Assembly (NCBI GenBank): GCA_965198355.1
Contig: CBDAPI010000013.1
Coordinates: 266,495 to 330,494, forward strand
Origin: Acidobacteriota bacterium
GTDB lineage: Bacteria; Acidobacteriota; UBA6911; RPQK01; CBDAPI01
DNA: 64,000 nucleotides
Direction of reading: 5' to 3'
The notes under the pieces: model-generated
What the model saw: only the letters and a program-made list of their open reading frames with translations
Databases searched by the model: none
What the model was told of the DNA's origin: nothing
Translations under genes and position numbers: made by a program
Shown: positions 58,933-64,000 of the stretch, piece by piece
Position numbering within the stretch: the stretch's first letter is position 1
Layout of the letters: every line of letters starts with the position of its first letter

Positions 58933-61255
58933 AGAAGAAAGGGTTCTAGGGGTCGAGTTCCAACCGGGACACGAGATAGAGACGGATGAGATCGAGCTGA
59001 AAATCGGGGGAATGAGTTGCGCCGCCTGCCAGTCCGCCGTTGAGAGAGCACTCGGAAAAGTCGATGGGGTCATTGATGCCAGTGTGAATCTGGCGACGGA
59101 GAAGGCGAAAGTTGTCCATCGAGCTGGAGCGACGCGAGTCAGTGATCTTGTGCAAGCCGTAGAGCAGTCCGGCTACCAGGCGAGTGAAGCGGGCAAGGGT
59201 GTCGAGACGAAGCAAACCGAGGAGATTCAAGCGGACTCGAGCAGGAGAGGCCTGGAGCCTTTCTGGTGGGGTGTAGCCTTCACTTTGCCGGTCTTCGTGA
59301 TCAGCATGGGCCGCGACTTTGGATTGCTGGGAGAGTGGGCTCTGGCTCCCTGGGTGAACTGGCTGCTTCTGGCTCTGACTACCCCCGTCCAGTTCTACGT
59401 GGGATGGAGCTTCTATCGGGGGGCCGCTCGGGCGATTCGAAATGCCGCAGCCAATATGGATGTGCTGGTAGCACTAGGGTCGTCTACAGCCTACTTCTTC
59501 AGCGTCGCGGTCCTCCTTTCTCAGCTGGCCGGATCGACTGGCCTGGGAGCGCACACCTACTTTGAAACCGCCGCCGTTATCATCACCCTGGTTAAACTGG
59601 GGAAACTTCTGGAGCAAAGAGCCAAGAGAAGGACCCGGGAAGCCCTGACCAGCCTCTTTGATCTGAGACCGCCGACAGCGCGGGTCCTGAGGGATGGGGC
59701 AGAGATCAAGGTCGCACTAGAGGAGGTGCGCGTCGGAGATACGGTCGTGGTGCGCCCCGGAGCGAAGATACCGGTGGACGGCCGGGTCAAGCAGGGCGCC
59801 TCTTCGGTGGATGAGAGCATGCTCACCGGCGAGAGCATCCCTGTAGAGAAGCAAATCGGGTCTGGCGTCACTGGCGGCACCCTCAACCAGAGCGGGCTTC
59901 TCGAGGTTGAAGTCACTCGCACGGGCGAGGACACGCGGCTGGCACAGATCATCCGCATCGTGGAGGAAGCACAGGCCGGAAAGGCGGCGACCCAGGCTCT
60001 GGTGGACCGAATATCCGCCATCTTTGTGCCCTTCGTTTTGGTCGCAGCCGTGCTCACCTTCCTGATCTGGATTTCATTGTCTTCGCAAGGTCCGCCGGAA
60101 GCCTTGCTCAGAATGGTTGCGGTGCTGGTCATTGCCTGTCCCTGTGCGCTCGGACTGGCTACCCCCACGGCTGTCATGGTCGGAACGGGCCTGGCTGCCC
60201 AGGACGGGATTCTCTTCAAGAGTGTGGACGCCCTCGAGGTGGCTCGTTCCATCGAAGTCGTCGTGTTTGACAAGACCGGCACCCTGACCGAAGGCAGGCC
60301 GGTGGTGACCGACATCGTGGTAGCTCACACCGGACGGGTCGAGGACAGCGAACAAGAGGCCCGGCGGGGCGTATTGCAGGTCGCGGCCTCGGTCGAGCAC
60401 GGAAGCCAGCATCCGCTGGCCGGGGCGATCCTCCAGGAGGCTCGGCAGCAGAGAATCGAGCGGTCGCACCTGGAGCGGTTCCAGTCGGTTGCGGGAAGCG
60501 GGGCCACAGCTAGATCGGAAAGGGAACTCTGGGCGGTCGGAAACCTAGCCTTCATGCGGGCTCAGGGTGTCAATCTTAACGGACTGGAAACCGAACAGCA
60601 GCGTCTGGCCAGAGACGGAAAGACGACTGTATGGGTGAGTCGGAATAAAATAGCCGTGGGCCTGATTGCAGTGGCGGATGAGGCTCGGCCCGGAGCTGCA
60701 CGGGTGGTCGAGCGCCTTCATCAAGGAGGGCGACGAGTGGCGCTTTTTAGCGGTGACAGTTCGGAAACATCAGCAGCTATTGGACGTGAAGTTGGAATCG
60801 TTGAACATGTGGGGGAGCTGACGCCGGAAGCCAAGGCAGAACGAATCCGTGAAATGCAGGAGAAGGGGCAGGTCGTGGCGATGGTTGGTGACGGAGTCAA
60901 TGATGCCCCGGCTCTGGCCCAGGCCGATCTGGGCATTGCCGTGGGGAGCAGCACCGACGTCGCCATTCAGACCAGTGACATCACCGTTTTGGGGAATCGC
61001 CTGGAGTTAATTCCCCGGGCTTTGCACATCAGCGACGTGACCATTCGGACGATTCGCCAGAACCTGGTCTGGGCCTTCCTTTATAACGTGGTCCTCATTC
61101 CGACAGCAGCCGGCGCTCTCTATCCTCTGGAATTCCTGCCCCCATTCATCCGATCGCTGCATCCCGCCATGGCGGCCGTTGCTATGGCCTTCAGCAGCGT
61201 GAGCGTGGTCAGCAACAGCCTCCGCCAGCGCCGAGTGCTGGGAAGGAAAGCCTGA
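58925..61255 (+). CDS. copA: copper-translocating P1B-type ATPase
   Basis: [14 protein letters not shown] motif [29 protein letters not shown] start at 58925 overlaps the csoR stop (the ORF-track ATG at 58910 is also possible). Confidence 0.9.
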   Translation: MDKEERVLGVEFQPGHEIETDEIELKIGGMSCAACQSAVERALGKVDGVIDASVNLATEKAKVVHRAGATRVSDLVQAVEQSGYQASEAGKGVETKQTEEIQADSSRRGLEPFWWGVAFTLPVFVISMGRDFGLLGEWALAPWVNWLLLALTTPVQFYVGWSFYRGAARAIRNAAANMDVLVALGSSTAYFFSVAVLLSQLAGSTGLGAHTYFETAAVIITLVKLGKLLEQRAKRRTREALTSLFDLRPPTARVLRDGAEIKVALEEVRVGDTVVVRPGAKIPVDGRVKQGASSVDESMLTGESIPVEKQIGSGVTGGTLNQSGLLEVEVTRTGEDTRLAQIIRIVEEAQAGKAATQALVDRISAIFVPFVLVAAVLTFLIWISLSSQGPPEALLRMVAVLVIACPCALGLATPTAVMVGTGLAAQDGILFKSVDALEVARSIEVVVFDKTGTLTEGRPVVTDIVVAHTGRVEDSEQEARRGVLQVAASVEHGSQHPLAGAILQEARQQRIERSHLERFQSVAGSGATARSERELWAVGNLAFMRAQGVNLNGLETEQQRLARDGKTTVWVSRNKIAVGLIAVADEARPGAARVVERLHQGGRRVALFSGDSSETSAAIGREVGIVEHVGELTPEAKAERIREMQEKGQVVAMVGDGVNDAPALAQADLGIAVGSSTDVAIQTSDITVLGNRLELIPRALHISDVTIRTIRQNLVWAFLYNVVLIPTAAGALYPLEFLPPFIRSLHPAMAAVAMAFSSVSVVSNSLRQRRVLGRKA

Positions 61256-61261
61256 GCGTAG

Positions 61262-61339
61262 CCGGAAAGTGGGAGGGGGCTCGGAGCGGCGGCCGTTTAA
61301 ATCCCCCGATCGCAGCCCGAGCCCGCTCCCACTTTCGGC
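61262..61339. repeat. REP-like hairpin element, inverse orientation relative to the 47521 copy
   Basis: CCGGAAAGTGGGAGgGGGCTCGG [agcggcggccgTTTAAAtcccccgatcgcagc] CCGAGCCCgCTCCCACTTTCGG. Confidence 0.65.
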
Positions 61340-61386
61340 GCTGAAATCTACAACCCTACAAGGCTGCGACAGGATACCGGGGCTTC

Positions 61387-63378
61387 TTAAAGACTCGCCA
61401 GGTACTCCTCGAGATCGGCCAGTTCCCGTTGAAAGCCGCCCGAAAGAATGGGGAAACGGCACCACGTTTTCGGATCCAGGTTCTCGTCGTCCACATGAAA
61501 AGAGGGAGCGTAACGTTCCCGCTTCCACTGATTTCGGCACCACAGGACAAAGAAGCGTCGAACCCAGTCCCCCAGCTGGCGGGGAGAGTAGTCGGGAAAG
61601 CGGCCTGCCATGAGACGAAACACCTCCAGGGGAGACTTCTTGTCCCGAATCGCGGCCCTCTCGATGGCGTCCAGAAGAGCATAGGGCATCAAGTCACCTT
61701 CATCCGTCTGTTCCTGATCCGCCGGACGCAGTTCCGCCGTCGGCTGTTGTGAGTTGACGGCAGCCAGGGCGGGCAGGGGACCAAGGTCTTCAGGTCCGTG
61801 CTCCTCTAGCCACTTCAGCCAGCGCCGCAGGAAGGCTTTGTCAATCCCGGCAATGGGGCTCAGGCCGCCCGACGTGTCGCCGTCCATGGTGGCGTAACCA
61901 ACAGCCGCTTCGGACCGGTTGCTGGTGGAAAGGAGCAGGGCCTGGTGGAGATTGGCCAGGAGCCAGATGCCCGGTGAACGGACACGTGCCTGGATGTTCT
62001 GCAGAGCAATGTCGTCTTGGCCCCAGGTGAGCTCTCGGCCGATCTGAGCAGAAACCAGATCCTGATAGCTCTGGGCGAAGAAGTCCACGTCAAACTCGTA
62101 AAAGCGGGCGTGCACAGCCTCGGCCAGAGATTGGGCCGCCTGGCGGGTTCGCTCCGAACTGTTTCGGGTGGACTGATAAACGCAGCTCAATAGGGCGCCT
62201 GTCAGCTCAGGAACCGTTTCTCGCGAGGCTAGCTCGGAAAGATGGGAGAGTTTCGACTTGAAGCCGAGGATTCCAAGCTCCAAGGTAGCCAGTTCAATGG
62301 TGAGGGCCACCAGGCAGGCTACCGCGCTCGAGTCAGCCCCGCCGCTCAGGGAGACCACGAAACCATGGGAACGACTTTTTCGAAGGTAGTCAAAGAGCCC
62401 GATCGCTACCGCCCTCAGGAACTCTTCTTCTTTATGAAAGCCGGATTGCTCCCAGGACGGCTGTCTGAGAGACAAGGTCTCCGGCGGGATTTCCGGGTAA
62501 GATATGTCAACAAGGATCCGGTCGGAAGCGTCCTCTTCCACCTTCGGGTCGGCGCCGGCGCTGCGGGCCTGTCCCATGCGCGTCAGATCGAGATCCACTG
62601 TGGCGCCGGCTACCTGAAAGGGAAGGAAAGAAAACCGCCTGGTTGAGCTCACCAGCTCCCCGGCGGAGGCGATCAAGGCTCCCCCGTCATAGATGGCGCG
62701 GCCGGCTTCGTTACCGAGGAGGTTCGAATACACGTAGGTCACCCCGAAAGCACGCGAGCCCTCCAGGACAAAGCGCTTCCGGATCTGCTGCTTCTTGAAC
62801 GCAAAGTGGCTGGCACTGGGGTTGAGGATAATATCCACTCCCTTCAGAAACATGTTCCCCCCGGGACGGTCAGCAACCCAGGCATCTTCGCAGATCTCAA
62901 AAGCGATTCCGACTCCGCCGCAGTTGAAGTAAAGATCCCCGAAGGGATAGTCGTTGCCCTCAATCCGGATCGACACCTGCCGCCCAACCGGCCACGGCTT
63001 GAACCAGCGAGGCTCGTAGTGGATGCCCGCGCGGGCCAGATAGCGCTTGGCCACGAATCCGGCAATGCGACCGTTGGCCGCCAGGCAGGCAGTGTTGAAC
63101 ACCACATTGTTGTAAGCGACAGGAAGGCCCAGAGAGACAACCATCCCTTTTGTATGGGGAAGAATCTCCTCTAATACCTGGAGTGCCGTGGAATGCAGAC
63201 TGGCCGAAAGAAACGCATCCTCGCATCCGTAACCGCTGATACAAAGCTCGGGCAGACACAATACCGACACCTGGCGATTGCGGGCTTCTTGGATGGCTCC
63301 CAGAATGGTCGCCTTGTTGGCCTCCCAGTCCAGAGGGGTCTGGTTCAGCGTGGCCGCCCCTACCTTGATCAGTTTCAT
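61387..63378 (-). CDS. nadE: glutamine-dependent NAD+ synthetase (CN-hydrolase plus NAD synthase domains)
   Basis: MKLIKVGAATLNQ...CLPELCISGY nitrilase domain; SGGADSS PP-loop. Confidence 0.9.
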   Translation of the reverse strand: MKLIKVGAATLNQTPLDWEANKATILGAIQEARNRQVSVLCLPELCISGYGCEDAFLSASLHSTALQVLEEILPHTKGMVVSLGLPVAYNNVVFNTACLAANGRIAGFVAKRYLARAGIHYEPRWFKPWPVGRQVSIRIEGNDYPFGDLYFNCGGVGIAFEICEDAWVADRPGGNMFLKGVDIILNPSASHFAFKKQQIRKRFVLEGSRAFGVTYVYSNLLGNEAGRAIYDGGALIASAGELVSSTRRFSFLPFQVAGATVDLDLTRMGQARSAGADPKVEEDASDRILVDISYPEIPPETLSLRQPSWEQSGFHKEEEFLRAVAIGLFDYLRKSRSHGFVVSLSGGADSSAVACLVALTIELATLELGILGFKSKLSHLSELASRETVPELTGALLSCVYQSTRNSSERTRQAAQSLAEAVHARFYEFDVDFFAQSYQDLVSAQIGRELTWGQDDIALQNIQARVRSPGIWLLANLHQALLLSTSNRSEAAVGYATMDGDTSGGLSPIAGIDKAFLRRWLKWLEEHGPEDLGPLPALAAVNSQQPTAELRPADQEQTDEGDLMPYALLDAIERAAIRDKKSPLEVFRLMAGRFPDYSPRQLGDWVRRFFVLWCRNQWKRERYAPSFHVDDENLDPKTWCRFPILSGGFQRELADLEEYLASL

Positions 63379-63785
63379 GCGTAGTCCTCGACCCACACTT
63401 CGCCGTCAACGTAGAACTCCTTTTTCCAGATCGGGACCGTCGTTTTCAGGCTGTCGATCACAAACCGGCAGGCTTCAAACGCGTCCCCTCGATGGTCGGC
63501 GGAAACGGCAACGAAAACACTGCTGTCACCGATCTCGAGCCGACCCACGCGGTGCACGATCGCCAGTTTCCGGATGGGCCAGTCCGCTAGGGCTCGCTCG
63601 CGAATCGCTTCCATTTCTTTGACAGCCATATGGTCGTAGGCTTCATAGAAGAGATGCGTCACCGACTTGTCCCGGGCGTGGTTTCTGACTGTCCCGTCAA
63701 AAGTCACGATTGCGCCAGCTTCGGGGCATTGAACCGCCGCGATCACTTCGTAAGCTTCGATTCTCTCTCTGACGATTCGGATCAA
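63375..63785 (-). CDS. moaE: molybdopterin synthase catalytic subunit
   Basis: 136 aa collinear with MoaE (...GAIVTFDGTVRN...VGRLEIGDSSVFVAVSADHR); TTG start overlapping moaD. Confidence 0.8.
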   Translation of the reverse strand: MIRIVRERIEAYEVIAAVQCPEAGAIVTFDGTVRNHARDKSVTHLFYEAYDHMAVKEMEAIRERALADWPIRKLAIVHRVGRLEIGDSSVFVAVSADHRGDAFEACRFVIDSLKTTVPIWKKEFYVDGEVWVEDYA

Positions 63786-64000
63786 CTACTTCCTCCACTG
63801 ACAGGGGGAAAGAAGGCAATCTCATCCCCATCCTGGACCGCGCCGTCCCAGTCAGCATACTCCTGGTTCACGGCCACCAGCAGGCTGCGGCGGAATGGTT
63901 CCACCCGGGGGTGGAGCAGGGTCAACTGCTGAAAGACTTCCGAGACCCTCGCCGATGAGGGCACTTCCATTTCCAGGACGCGCTTGCCGGCGGCATCTCT
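63782..64000 (-). CDS. moaD: molybdopterin synthase sulfur-carrier subunit, partial (N-terminus beyond window); ends GGSS
   Basis: ...LLVAVNQEYADWDGAVQDGDEIAFFPPVSGGSS*. Confidence 0.65.
   Translation of the reverse strand, partial: RDAAGKRVLEMEVPSSARVSEVFQQLTLLHPRVEPFRRSLLVAVNQEYADWDGAVQDGDEIAFFPPVSGGSS

Overview
High-GC (about 58-60%) bacterial chromosomal segment. The gene content (a VWFA-related Acidobacterial-domain protein, an Acidobacteria-type TonB-dependent-receptor-like protein carrying the IYDP...IPLPN hallmark) suggests an Acidobacteria-like genome; this is inference. No rRNA, tRNA or CRISPR was recognised. Housekeeping backbone, mostly on the minus strand: ECF sigma/anti-sigma, CaCA antiporter, rarA, trmH-like, a hyp-gcvT-gcvH-gcvP operon, lon, ferritin, two PAP2 phosphatases, ispH, queF, aspS, hisS, a four-gene MacAB-like ABC efflux cluster, two AMP-dependent ligases, an amidase, TauE, csoR-copA, nadE, moaE and a partial moaD. 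Mobile-element load is exceptional. An IS1380-family element (1650 bp, ends CCCGGATTATGCAAGA, 4-bp NTAG target duplication) is present as three standalone identical copies, one copy truncated by about 200 bp at its IRR end (nested in the 12028-15041 composite) and one decayed copy. There is also one IS1182-like element, one IS3-family element and one IS200/IS605 element. At least five genes are interrupted, and four junctions can be rejoined in frame by computation. One ABC1/UbiB-family kinase gene carries an IS200 insertion, an IS3 insertion, a CTAGCTAG 4-bp footprint and an IS in its promoter. A REP-like family of long hairpins with a conserved TTTAAA-containing loop sits in convergent intergenic regions. 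Many single-base homopolymer indels break otherwise intact essential genes (gcvP, lon, two ABC permeases, probably the TBDR-like gene), pointing to assembly or sequencing errors rather than true pseudogenes.
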